This document shows positions 8,745-18,645 of a stretch of 64,000 bases of DNA, one piece after another (the stretch's first letter is position 1; the number at the start of each line of letters is the position of its first letter). The translations under genes and the position numbers were made by a program. The notes under the pieces were generated by a model that saw only the letters and a list, made by a program, of their open reading frames with translations, was not told where the DNA came from and searched no databases. This DNA comes from Crocinitomicaceae bacterium (GTDB taxonomy: Bacteria; Bacteroidota; Bacteroidia; Flavobacteriales_D; Crocinitomicaceae), in assembly GCA_044355195.1 (NCBI GenBank), contig JBIKYP010000002.1:911-64910 (forward strand), in the 5' to 3' direction.

Positions 8745-11700
8745 ATGACCTTATTCCGGATCATGTGTTTATGGAGCTTGTTGCTTGTTCCGCTTGTTGG
8801 AATAGCGCAAGAGTCTTCGCTACGGAAGCGAAGACTGGCCGTTTCGTCAGACACAATCCGACTGGACACCCTTTCGATTTATCCTCATAGTTTTGTGGTA
8901 TTCTGCGGTGGAAAAAAACTCACATCGGACAACTATTATCTGGATCATGCTTCATGTCGGTTTTATTTGATGGCTAAATGTGAGGATTCCTTGATATTCG
9001 AATACCGCATATTGCCGGTGGATCTCTCTAAAACCTATCGTCGACGCAATACATCCGTTATATTCAGAAATGACGGCATAGATGACAGAGAGAATTTTCG
9101 TCTGGAAAATACATATACGGTAGACGACGTGTTTGGAGGGAGTGGATTAACAAAGTCGGGAAGTATATCACGCGGTGTTTCTTTCGGAAACAATCAGGAT
9201 CTGGGGATCAACTCTTCACTCAATTTGGAGCTTTCCGGAGCCATTGCTCCTAATCTGAAAATTCTAGCCTCTGTTTCAGACGATAACCTGCCCATTCAGC
9301 CCGACGGAAATACGAGCAAGTTGCAGGAATTCGACCAGGTCTTCATTCAGATTTATAATGACCGTATCAAATTAGTGGCTGGCGATTTTTGGATTAGTCG
9401 CCCTAAGGGTTATTTTCTCAATTACAATAAGCGAGCACAGGGATTAAATATCAATTACCGATGGGGAAGGGATACGCTTCACTTATGGAAAACGGAGGCA
9501 AGTGGCGCCCTTTCGAAAGGGAAGTTTAACCGACAAATCATTCAAGGTGTTGAAGGAAATCAGGGCCCGTATCGCCTAAGGGGTAATGAAAATGAGCCAT
9601 TCATCATTGTGCTTGGAGGAACGGAGCGCGTTTATATAGATGGAAAACTACTTGAACGTGGCCAGGAGTTTGATTACACCATTAATTATAATTCTGCAGA
9701 ATTGGTTTTTACAGCGCGTAATATGATTACCAAGGATTCAAGAATTGTTGTTGAATTTCAATACTCAGATCAGAACTATGCACGTTCTCTTTTTCAGACT
9801 TCAACGTCTTATTCTTCTAAAAAACTTGACTTCTGGTTCAACGCCTATTCGGAACAAGATGCAAAAAACCAAACGTTACAACAGGACCTCTCGCTATCTC
9901 AAAAACAACTACTTGCTTCGATTGGTGATTCGCTTAATCTGGCGACTTCAAACAGCATTGATTCTGTGGGTTGGTTTGAAAATCAAGTGCTCTACAGAAT
10001 GATCGACACACTGGGTTATGATTCTGTACTGGTGTCTTCTGTCGATCCTACGTTAGCTGTCTACAGGGCTATCTTTACGTATGTTGGCCCCGGGAAAGGC
10101 AATTATATTCTTGGCAATATAAATGCACTTGGTAAGGTGTATCAATGGGCAGCTCCATTGTCAGGTGTGGCTCAAGGTGATTACATCCCGTCCCGTTTGA
10201 TTATCACACCCAAACAAAAGCAACTGTTTAGTTCCGGTGCGCAATACCGAATTCGAAAAAACCTTTACTTGGAAAGTGAAATGGCATTTTCCGGAAATGA
10301 TGTCAATACTTTTTCACGAATCGATAGCGAAGATGATAGAGGATTGGCTAACCGAACCAAAATTTTGGGAACACTGCCTTTGGGTCGAGATTCTGTTCCT
10401 CAGTGGTACGTTGATACCAAAGCAGAATTGGAATACCTCGATAGTTATTTCACGCCCATCGAACAGTACCGAACGGTAGAGTTTGATCGTGACTGGAATA
10501 CGCGAAACAAGGGGTACAAGGGAGAACAATTATCTTCCTCCTTGGGGATGAACTTCCGAAATCGGACATCCGGAAATATAAAAATAGAAGGACAGATTTA
10601 CCAAATAGGATCTGATTACAATGGGACAAGAGCGGAAAGTACAGGTAAGTGGAACAGAAATGGCTTAAACGCAAAATGGGAGGGGAGTTACCTTTCGAGT
10701 AAAACGACTGCACGAAATGAGTTCCTGCGTCACCGAGCGGATATTTCTAAGAATTTTAAGTGGTTCAAGGTGGGTTACGTGGATGACCATGAGTGGAACA
10801 CCTTTTCTGGTGGTACTGTTTCCCTCGACCCGATAAGCTATCAGTTTTTTGATTATCAATTTTACCTAGCCAATGGCGATTCCGTTAAACATATGTTCAA
10901 GGTGTTCTATCGGGAGCGTTACGATCAGAGATCAGACAGCACCCTTCTCAAACCGGTAGCGAAAGCGCGCACTGCCGGAGGAGAGTTCCAAATTTCCGAA
11001 ATGAAAAATCAATCATTGAATATAGTTACAGCATACAGAGAATTGAAAATAGTGAATACTGCGTTGTTGAGTCAAACACCGGAGAATACAATGATTGGAA
11101 GAATTGATCATGAGGTACGTCTTTGGAAGAATGCGCTAACATGGACGAATTTCTATGAAGTTGGTTCAGGATTGGAGCAAAAAAGGGAATTTCTTTACAT
11201 CAAGGTCAATGATGGACAAGGAGTGTACACCTGGATCGATTACAATAAGGACGGTGTAAAAGATTTGAATGAATTTGAAATCGCTCAATACGTGGATCAG
11301 GCAAGTTACATTCGTGTTTTCACACCGAGTAGTGAGTATACAAAGACCTATTCGAACGAAGTTAACGAATCTGTTTTCTGGAGACCAGAACGTATCTGGG
11401 CGAACAAATCTGGACTTAGGGGTATCTTGAGTCGCTTCTCAGATCAAGCACGTATTCGGATAAATCGCAAAACCAATTTATTTTCGGGAGCCAACGCTTT
11501 CAATCCCTTCGCCTTGCAAATTCGCGATACTAATCTTATTTCGAGTTCATATAATTTGAAGAACACATTCTTTTTTAATCGCACATCCAGTATTTTCAGC
11601 GCGGAATATACATTTCAGGAACTACGCAATAAGTCATTGCTGGCCACGGGTTTTGATTCTAAGGCTAACTTGTATCATGAAATTTCATTTCGTTGGAATA

Positions 11701-12191
11701 TTCATAAAGTTTTTTCGATTGAAACAAAAGGTCAGAAGGGGACGAAAGATTCGGAAGCGGGTTACACCGTTGGACGAAATTATGCGCTCGGATACTTTTT
11801 TGTTCAACCAAGTTTAATTTTTCAGCCGGGAACGTCATTCAGAATTTCTATCGATGCCCGTTATTCGGAAAAGCAAAACGCTCAATATTATGGAGGAGAG
11901 TATGGTATAGTTCGCGAGGTAGGTTCAAATTTCAAATACAATCAGGCGGAAAAGGGAAGTTTACAGGGTGCTGTAAAGATGGTAAGTATTACATATACCG
12001 GCAACGAAAGTTCTGCTCTAGGTTTCGAGGTCCTGGAAGCTTTAAAACCCGGAATCAACTATACATGGAATCTTGGATATCAGCGCTCGGTTTCCAAAAG
12101 CCTGCAATTATCCATTCAATATAACGGCCGACAATCACAGAATAGCCGAACAATTCATAGTGGGGGAATGGAACTTAGGGCTTTCTTTTAA
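8745..12191 (+). CDS. Large (1148 aa) secreted protein of unknown function, probably an outer-membrane beta-barrel
   Basis: Long ORF. I moved the start to ATG 8745, which gives the signal peptide MTLFRIMCLWSLLLVPLVGIAQES. The protein is rich in alternating beta-strand-like segments and ends in ...LRAFF (C-terminal aromatic). I recognised no catalytic motif. Confidence 0.6.
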   Translation: MTLFRIMCLWSLLLVPLVGIAQESSLRKRRLAVSSDTIRLDTLSIYPHSFVVFCGGKKLTSDNYYLDHASCRFYLMAKCEDSLIFEYRILPVDLSKTYRRRNTSVIFRNDGIDDRENFRLENTYTVDDVFGGSGLTKSGSISRGVSFGNNQDLGINSSLNLELSGAIAPNLKILASVSDDNLPIQPDGNTSKLQEFDQVFIQIYNDRIKLVAGDFWISRPKGYFLNYNKRAQGLNINYRWGRDTLHLWKTEASGALSKGKFNRQIIQGVEGNQGPYRLRGNENEPFIIVLGGTERVYIDGKLLERGQEFDYTINYNSAELVFTARNMITKDSRIVVEFQYSDQNYARSLFQTSTSYSSKKLDFWFNAYSEQDAKNQTLQQDLSLSQKQLLASIGDSLNLATSNSIDSVGWFENQVLYRMIDTLGYDSVLVSSVDPTLAVYRAIFTYVGPGKGNYILGNINALGKVYQWAAPLSGVAQGDYIPSRLIITPKQKQLFSSGAQYRIRKNLYLESEMAFSGNDVNTFSRIDSEDDRGLANRTKILGTLPLGRDSVPQWYVDTKAELEYLDSYFTPIEQYRTVEFDRDWNTRNKGYKGEQLSSSLGMNFRNRTSGNIKIEGQIYQIGSDYNGTRAESTGKWNRNGLNAKWEGSYLSSKTTARNEFLRHRADISKNFKWFKVGYVDDHEWNTFSGGTVSLDPISYQFFDYQFYLANGDSVKHMFKVFYRERYDQRSDSTLLKPVAKARTAGGEFQISEMKNQSLNIVTAYRELKIVNTALLSQTPENTMIGRIDHEVRLWKNALTWTNFYEVGSGLEQKREFLYIKVNDGQGVYTWIDYNKDGVKDLNEFEIAQYVDQASYIRVFTPSSEYTKTYSNEVNESVFWRPERIWANKSGLRGILSRFSDQARIRINRKTNLFSGANAFNPFALQIRDTNLISSSYNLKNTFFFNRTSSIFSAEYTFQELRNKSLLATGFDSKANLYHEISFRWNIHKVFSIETKGQKGTKDSEAGYTVGRNYALGYFFVQPSLIFQPGTSFRISIDARYSEKQNAQYYGGEYGIVREVGSNFKYNQAEKGSLQGAVKMVSITYTGNESSALGFEVLEALKPGINYTWNLGYQRSVSKSLQLSIQYNGRQSQNSRTIHSGGMELRAFF

Positions 12192-13074
12192 GACGTATTA
12201 CGTTCTCTTGCTCATGCATGTGATATACCATGCCATCAGAAAGTCCGATCTTAGGCACAAAAATTCGCTTGCTTTTAAGTTCCTCAAGAATGTAAATGTA
12301 GATATTCAATGCAGGAACGATAACATCGGCCCGGTCAGGCTTGAGTTGGAAGGTGTCGAGGCGCTGTTCCAGACTCAATTCCTCTAATTCTTCTTTGAGT
12401 GTTTTTAGCTCTTTAAGTGAAAGAGGATCCATATGTCCTGCCCCAAGTAACTTGTGAACTTTATTGATGTTTCCCCCTGTGCCATAAATATGGTGAGGTG
12501 ATTTAAGATCAACATGTGCTGCTATCCAGTCATGAATCTCTGTCCATTGATTACTTTTGACTTTATTCTTCAGCAGTCTGAGTGTACCTAGTTCGAATGA
12601 ACATGAAGCAGTACGTGCACCCCCCTCAAATACGCTTATTTCTGTGCTTCCCCCACCCACATCGATCACGATGAAAGGCATTGTTTTATCAATATCCAAG
12701 AGAAAGAAAGTGCCAAAGATTAACTGGGCTTCTTCTTCTCCGGAGATAACTTCTACATCTACTCCTGTATTCTGTTTGATAAGCTCAATCACTTTCTGAG
12801 CATTTGATGCCTCACGCATCGCTGAAGTCGCAACAGCGCGCAGTTGTTTTACCTCAAAGATTTCAGAAATGAGTTTGAATGCCCGTATCGTTTTTATGAA
12901 GTCGTCTGTTTTTTTCTTGGAAAGTTTTCCGGCCGTAAATACTTCTTCTCCAAGTCGGAGAGGTACTCGCGTGTATGAAATTTTTTTAACGAAGGAGTGA
13001 CCATTGAGCGTTTCCACCTCTCCGACGAGTAAGCGAGCCGCATTAGTACCTATATCTATAGCGCCGTACTTCAC
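12175..13074 (-). CDS. Ppx/GppA-family phosphatase (exopolyphosphatase-like)
   Basis: 299 aa with IDIGTNAARLLVGEV...VATSAMREASN...VIDVGGGSTE motifs of the ASKHA-fold Ppx/GppA family. Confidence 0.85.
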   Translation of the reverse strand: MKYGAIDIGTNAARLLVGEVETLNGHSFVKKISYTRVPLRLGEEVFTAGKLSKKKTDDFIKTIRAFKLISEIFEVKQLRAVATSAMREASNAQKVIELIKQNTGVDVEVISGEEEAQLIFGTFFLLDIDKTMPFIVIDVGGGSTEISVFEGGARTASCSFELGTLRLLKNKVKSNQWTEIHDWIAAHVDLKSPHHIYGTGGNINKVHKLLGAGHMDPLSLKELKTLKEELEELSLEQRLDTFQLKPDRADVIVPALNIYIYILEELKSKRIFVPKIGLSDGMVYHMHEQENVIRLKRKP

Positions 13075-13083
13075 AATACGAAA

Positions 13084-14394
13084 TTATTTTTTTCGGAAGA
13101 AGATTTTGATAGGGACACCGCAGAAATCGAAATTTTCACGCAATCTGTTTTCAAGAAATCGTTTGTAGGAATCTGGAATATATTGCGGTAAATTGCAGAA
13201 AATAGCAAAAGCCGGCGCATGTGTAGGTAGTTGCTGAACATATTTGATTCGAATGTATTTTCCTTTCATTGCCGGCGGTGGTGTCGCCTGAATGATCTCC
13301 AACATCACTTCATTTAATTTCGATGTGGGTATCTTTTTCGTTCGGTTCTCATGCACCATCATTGTGGCTTCCAGTGCCTTGTGGATGCGTTGCTTGGTGA
13401 TAGTTGAGGTAAATAGGATAGGGACATCATTAAATGGTGCCAGCTGCATTCGGATGTTTTCTTCGTATTTGAGCATTGTGTTGTGATCTTTTTCAACAAG
13501 ATCCCACTTATTTACAAGAACAACAACCCCTTTCGAATTCTTTTCGATGATGTAGTAGATACTCAGATCCTGCTTCTGTAACCCCTCTTCTGCGTCAATC
13601 ATGAAGATACAGACGTCTGAGTTTTCAATGGTCCGCACAGATCGCAATACAGAATAATATTCAATATCTTCAGTTACTTTTGCTTTTTTTCGAATACCTG
13701 CGGTATCTATGAGGAGGAAGTCAAAACCGAAGGCCTTATAGCGGGAATTGATAGCATCCCTGGTCGTTCCGGAAATGGTGGTCACGATATTTCTTTCTTC
13801 ACCCATAAGGGCGTTTACCAATGACGATTTGCCTACATTCGGTCGCCCAACGATTGCAATACGAGGAAGTTCATCTTTCTCATTCGCGGAATCATCTTCT
13901 TTATCGAAGTGCTTTACAATTTCATCGAGAAGCTCGCCTGTTCCGCTTCCGTTGGTGGCAGAGAGATCGAATACATCTCCCAATCCAAATTGATAGAACT
14001 CAGAGGAAAGACCTACTCTGTCTGTATTATCCACTTTGTTTGCGGCGATGAGAATGGGTTTTTTCGATTTTCGCAGAATGGCGGCAACGGTTTCATCCAG
14101 ATCAATGATTCCCGTGGTTACATCCACCATAAAGATGATCACCGTGGCTTCTTGAATAGCAATTTCTACTTGTTTTCGGATTTCTGTTTCGAAAATGTCA
14201 TCTGATCCTTTGATGTAACCGCCGGTGTCGATTACGGAGAACTGCACGCCATTCCACTCTCCTTTGCCGTATAGTCGATCTCGAGTAACGCCACTCACTT
14301 CCTTGACAATGGCATTTCGCGACTCTGTCAGGCGATTAAAAAGGGTCGATTTTCCAACGTTGGGACGACCTACTATGGCTACTATATTACTCAT
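13084..14394 (-). CDS. der: Ribosome-associated GTPase Der (EngA)
   Basis: 436 aa with two tandem G domains ([12 protein letters not shown] and [12 protein letters not shown], each with DTAG/NKxD) and a KH-like C-terminus. Confidence 0.95.
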   Translation of the reverse strand: MSNIVAIVGRPNVGKSTLFNRLTESRNAIVKEVSGVTRDRLYGKGEWNGVQFSVIDTGGYIKGSDDIFETEIRKQVEIAIQEATVIIFMVDVTTGIIDLDETVAAILRKSKKPILIAANKVDNTDRVGLSSEFYQFGLGDVFDLSATNGSGTGELLDEIVKHFDKEDDSANEKDELPRIAIVGRPNVGKSSLVNALMGEERNIVTTISGTTRDAINSRYKAFGFDFLLIDTAGIRKKAKVTEDIEYYSVLRSVRTIENSDVCIFMIDAEEGLQKQDLSIYYIIEKNSKGVVVLVNKWDLVEKDHNTMLKYEENIRMQLAPFNDVPILFTSTITKQRIHKALEATMMVHENRTKKIPTSKLNEVMLEIIQATPPPAMKGKYIRIKYVQQLPTHAPAFAIFCNLPQYIPDSYKRFLENRLRENFDFCGVPIKIFFRKK

Positions 14395-14399
14395 ATTTC

Positions 14400-14466
14400 A
14401 GAACAAGGAGCAAGGAGCAAGGAGCAAGGAACTCGACTTTCGTCTTTGTTCTTTGTTCTTTGTTCT
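14400..14466. repeat. Heptad tandem repeats forming an imperfect inverted repeat in the era-der spacer
   Basis: AGAACAA followed by (GGAGCAA)x3 at 14400-14430 faces TCT followed by (TTGTTCT)x3 at 14443-14466. Confidence 0.8.
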
Positions 14467-14475
14467 CTGCTCGGA

Positions 14476-15372
14476 TCAATATCCGTATTTCTTTAACTTA
14501 TTTTCCGTCGATCGCCAGTCCTTATCAACCTTTACAAAGGTTTCCATAAAAACTTTCTGATCAATAAACTTTTCAATCTCTTTCCTTGCCTCTCGACCTA
14601 TCTTTTTGAGCATTTCCCCTCCTTTACCAATGATTATCCCTTTTTGTGAATCACGTTCAACAATAATAAGTGCCCGGATTCGAGTAATGCCAGGTTCTTC
14701 TTTGTATTCTTCAATCTCCACTTGACAGCTGTAAGGCACTTCTTTTTCGCAAAAAAGGAAAATCTTTTCTCGAATAATTTCTGAAACAAAAAAGCGCATG
14801 GGACGATCTGACAACTCTTCTTTATCAAAGTATGCAGGACTTTCAGGAACTAACTCAAGGATTCTGTTCCAGACCGCTTCTACATTAAAATCATGTAAGG
14901 CAGAAATCGGATAAACTTCAGCATTTGGTAGCTGTTCCTGCCAATATGCCATGCGTTCCTTTACCTTTACCTGATCACTAAGATCAATCTTATTAACGAG
15001 GCACAACACCGGAACACGGATCTTTTTGATTTTGTCGAGCGTCTCCTCATGGTTCATATTGTTTTCGCGTGTATCTGTGATGAAGATCAAAGCATCGGCG
15101 TCTTTCAGGGAAGAATTAACATATTCCATCATCGTTTCATGCAACTTGTAAGCGGCATTTACAACACCCGGCGTATCAGAAAATACAATCTGATAATCTT
15201 CATCATTGACAATTCCAAGAATGCGATGGCGAGTGGTTTGAGCTTTAGAAGTAACAATGGACAACTTCTCTCCCACAAGACGATTCATGAGGGTGGATTT
15301 ACCTACATTCGGACTTCCAACAATATTTACAAAACCGGAACGGTGCGCCATGTGCCTTAAAACAGGCTGCAA
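14476..15372 (-). CDS. era: GTPase Era
   Basis: 298 aa with [20 protein letters not shown] and a C-terminal KH domain. An alternative start is at 15351 (MAHRSGF...). Confidence 0.95.
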   Translation of the reverse strand: MQPVLRHMAHRSGFVNIVGSPNVGKSTLMNRLVGEKLSIVTSKAQTTRHRILGIVNDEDYQIVFSDTPGVVNAAYKLHETMMEYVNSSLKDADALIFITDTRENNMNHEETLDKIKKIRVPVLCLVNKIDLSDQVKVKERMAYWQEQLPNAEVYPISALHDFNVEAVWNRILELVPESPAYFDKEELSDRPMRFFVSEIIREKIFLFCEKEVPYSCQVEIEEYKEEPGITRIRALIIVERDSQKGIIIGKGGEMLKKIGREARKEIEKFIDQKVFMETFVKVDKDWRSTENKLKKYGY

Positions 15373-15405
15373 AGAAACGAATTTTATGGAGGGCGTGCAA
15401 ATCAG

Positions 15406-16377
15406 TTAGAGGGTCCGGTACCACTGAACCATTGGCAGGGGAATAGGTAAGAGTTCTCCATCGAAAGAGATACCTGTAAAACCAAACTGGAAAGCTTTTC
15501 CTTCAGACTGATGCCAGCGAACTCCCGGGATAAATAACCCTAGACCGGGCTTACGGTCTTCAGTTTGGGTGGTCACTAGTTCATATTGCGTGTTACCTGT
15601 GCTCGGATCATAAACGTATTGCCATTCAGAAGTACTGGTTGTCGTGGTTTTTCCCCTAAGCATAATAAAAGAATCGAAAACAAGACTAATGCGTGAACTA
15701 ACTTTAATCATGCCGGCAATGGAAGCCAAAGCTCTTCCATCCCTGTCTCCTTCACCCCATACCAAACCGTAACCACCTGATGCTGATATGTTTGCTCTTC
15801 GAGTACCATAAGATAAACTAGCAAAAGGAAGAGCTCCTCCCGCATTCGAATCAGAATTGAACAAAGAGATCCATGAATTGGTTCCAAGCATCGTCCCTAC
15901 TGCACACTGAAAATTATTTTTCAGAGGAATACTGTATTTGGCTGTACCGATAACGGGAATAGCAAGCCAGGAAGTCAAAACTCCCAAGCCAAAGCGATCG
16001 GTAACGGCGAACTGAAAATCAGGACCAAAAAGATTCCATTGAATATAATGTTCTCCTTTTTTTAGTGCAAGACCATTCGTAGTGATAAAATAGCGCGTTG
16101 CAAATCGATCTTCTCCAATAAATTCGCCTTTTTCAGATAATTCATCCTTTCGGATGAGTTTAATCTCACGGATAATATATTGTGGAACTACAATGACCCT
16201 TCCATCATTTGTTCGTACGGTAAGTTCACGTTCATCTTCCTTCATGATCCTGCCCATGAGTTCACCACCGTCTGTTTTTACTATGCGGTAATTTGTTGTG
16301 TCAGGATGAAGGGGCTCCTGAGCTTTAGTAAGGCTACTCGCGCTCATAAAAAGAAAGAAAATTAGTAACTGGCGCAT
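15406..16377 (-). CDS. Hypothetical secreted / outer-membrane protein
   Basis: 323 aa with signal peptide MRQLLIFFLFMSASSLTKAQE. The C-terminal two-thirds is Gly/Ser/aromatic-rich and beta-strand-like. I recognised no family. Confidence 0.6.
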   Translation of the reverse strand: MRQLLIFFLFMSASSLTKAQEPLHPDTTNYRIVKTDGGELMGRIMKEDERELTVRTNDGRVIVVPQYIIREIKLIRKDELSEKGEFIGEDRFATRYFITTNGLALKKGEHYIQWNLFGPDFQFAVTDRFGLGVLTSWLAIPVIGTAKYSIPLKNNFQCAVGTMLGTNSWISLFNSDSNAGGALPFASLSYGTRRANISASGGYGLVWGEGDRDGRALASIAGMIKVSSRISLVFDSFIMLRGKTTTTSTSEWQYVYDPSTGNTQYELVTTQTEDRKPGLGLFIPGVRWHQSEGKAFQFGFTGISFDGELLPIPLPMVQWYRTL

Positions 16378-16565
16378 TTTTATAGAATTTAAGATTTAAA
16401 GAAAGATACAGAATTAAATTTTATATGTTGAATATCTATCATTTGATACATTTTTTAAATAAAATCCTGAGTTTCATTGTAAAAATAGCCAATGAGCTAA
16501 TAATGTATTTAAATAGCCTTCAATAATAATGCTTATAAGAGACTATATGTCTGTCATTACAATTA

Positions 16566-17675
16566 TTACCTAATCAGATTGACATGACCGACAATGATTT
16601 TACGCTCGTCATTCCTGGTCAGCAGGAATTCATTTTCCATGCATATACACCCTCCTGAGTTGCGGCAACCTCTCCACCTGCCCCATAGGATCCGTTCCAT
16701 CCGATAGAAGCATCGTTCGTTTAAAAAACGATCTCTCCCCAACGATTAAAGATTTTCATGTTAAAATCCAATGGGTCAAATCCTGAGGTAAAAATTCGTT
16801 TGTAAGTTTGATTATAGATGTCGTCATTGGGACTAAATGCATTGTGGACGAAGAAAATAAGTGCCTCCTGAAAAAAGATTGAAGTGTAAGCTGTATCACA
16901 ACATCCCAGTTCTGAATCCACAGCAAAGCGAACGATCCAAAAGATTTCCTCTCCCGCTGAAGGATAAATGTGTGAAGGGTCTTCAAGGTTAGTCGTGTCG
17001 GAATTATCTCCAAAGCTCCAGTTATAGTCAATGGCATTTTTGGATTCGTTAATAAAGTTGTTTTTATTATCTAATTCCGTAACTATTAAAAAAGAGGCAC
17101 TGAAAATTGCTACCGGCGCTTTTTCAACACAAATCATGTCAGTAATGGTGTCAGAAGTCGAACATGTGGCTCTCGAAGCGACAGAAAGTGACACGTCAAA
17201 ACAGCCTTCTTTAGTGAACGTGTGGGGAATTCCTGAACAGCCTGTTACAGTTGTTCCATCCCCGAAATTCCAAGTTCAAAGATTTGATCCCACCGAAGTA
17301 TTGGTAAATGTAACAGTTAAAGGTATGCATCTTTTGGTAGTATCTGAAATAGTGATGGGGTTAGAAAGTGAATTATACGACGTTATAGGCGCCATTCAGA
17401 CGATGTTTTGTGTGAAAGTGGCTTCCGGGAAGAGATTTACTAAAGGAGTAGTACTATTGAGTATAGTTCAACCTTGTAACATTAACATGTCCCTTTAAAC
17501 AAGGATCATTGGTAATGACTTTAGTGGGGTCGGGATCAGGAGTAACACCAATGGTTGGCGGATAGGAATAAATCAGCCACATTATTTTTGGATTGTATCC
17601 GGGACTATTTGTTTGGTTTTTTATTTCAGCTGTTGGCGTCCAGTTAACATCGGAAATGAAGGTCGCTACAACTTC
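16566..17675 (-). pseudogene. Decayed C-terminal remnant of a PKD-domain adhesin with a T9SS type-B (gliding-motility CHU_C) sorting domain
   Basis: Minus-strand fragments lie in three frames: PKD-like CIPLTVTFTNTSVGSNL-TGA-TWNFGDGTTVTG...PHTFTKEGCFDVSLSV and YNWSFGDNSDTTNLEDPSHIY, then NAFSPNDDIYN...IFNRWGEIVF-stop, then TNDASIGWNGSYGAGGEVAATQEGVYAWKM, then EFLLTRNDERKIIVGHVNLIR-stop. There is an in-frame TGA at 17276-17278 and at least three frame changes. No N-terminal part or signal peptide remains. Confidence 0.7.
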
Positions 17676-17972
17676 TTAGGCGAGCGCAATATTGTTCTGG
17701 TTTTGCAAAACATCTGTGGTAAAGGTAAAGGTTCATAATTCTGCTGCGCACTGAGAAAATAAATTATGTCTCATTCCCATGAATGTAACAATAGGGCAAA
17801 AAGCTAGATAGTTAGATTGTTTTGTTATTTGTTTCAGTATACGTTTACACACAAAGAGAAAATCTATTACAATTCTGAATATTCAAGGTGTAGACGAAAT
17901 TAATAAAAAAAGTTGCCGGAGAAAGAGTGATAATTAGCTATTAATGGAACAACGAATAGTATTCAAAATTCA

Positions 17973-18626
17973 TCATTCTTTCAGTTTTCCTTGAAACTTT
18001 TGTTTGAATCTGTTGTATCGAGGTATAGAGACCCGTTCGATATAAGCATTGTGCGGATTATTCTTTTCATAATCCTGATGATAAATTTCCGCAACCCAGA
18101 ATTTTTCTAAAGGCTTAATTTCAGTGGTAATTTTTGGGAAAATCCTTTTGTTAAGCAGGGAATCAATAAAGTTTTCTGCATTAAGTTTCTCTTCTTCGTT
18201 CGAATAAAATATTGCAGAGCGGTATTGTGTTCCAAAATCCGGGCCCTGACTATTTAACGTGGATGGGTCGTGTGAATTGAAAAAGGCCGATAGAAGCGTG
18301 TCGTAAAGAACAATTTTAGAGTTGTATATGATCATTATGGTCTCGGCATGACCTGTTTTGCCTGTACATACGTCTTCGTAGGTGGGGTTTTTGGTCATAC
18401 CGCCGGCATAACCGGAAATGACCTCATCCACGCCTTGTATCGATTCAAAAATAGCCTCAACACACCAAAAACAGCCCGCAGCAAAGTAAGCCGTATCTCT
18501 GCCTTTTCCTTCCTTTTCAGAATAAATCTTGACGCTTATGCTTTTCTGACCCCCTTGAGCGCAGGCTCCAATTGATGAAAGGGTGAAAACGAATAAAAGT
18601 ATTTTTATAAAATGGGACCACTCCAT
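17973..18626 (-). CDS. msrA: Peptide-methionine (S)-S-oxide reductase MsrA, exported/lipoprotein form
   Basis: It has the GCFWCVEAIF active-site motif and GYAGG. I chose the start at 18626, which gives MEWSHFIKILLFVFTLSSIGAC (signal/lipobox-like). The ORF track extends to 18674. Confidence 0.9.
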   Translation of the reverse strand: MEWSHFIKILLFVFTLSSIGACAQGGQKSISVKIYSEKEGKGRDTAYFAAGCFWCVEAIFESIQGVDEVISGYAGGMTKNPTYEDVCTGKTGHAETIMIIYNSKIVLYDTLLSAFFNSHDPSTLNSQGPDFGTQYRSAIFYSNEEEKLNAENFIDSLLNKRIFPKITTEIKPLEKFWVAEIYHQDYEKNNPHNAYIERVSIPRYNRFKQKFQGKLKE

Positions 18627-18645
18627 AAAGAGGTTTGTGTAGCTT

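Noticed and set aside
14400-14466. Short tandem repeats as a CRISPR array or coding repeat
   Set aside because: The units are 7 nt with no spacers, the total is under 70 bp, and they lie in an 81-bp spacer between two essential GTPase genes.
17276-17278. In-frame TGA inside the PKD domain as evidence of stop-codon reassignment or selenocysteine
   Set aside because: TGA is used as a genuine stop at the expected ends of well-conserved genes here (for example era at 14476-14478 and ftsI at 28076-28078). The same locus also carries a premature TAA and several frameshifts, so pseudogenisation is the simpler reading.
17031-17498. 155-aa plus-strand ORF in the gap between the hypothetical outer-membrane protein gene and msrA
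   Set aside because: It lies antisense to clear PKD-domain peptide signatures on the minus strand and has no recognisable motifs. It is most likely a by-product of the decayed adhesin gene.
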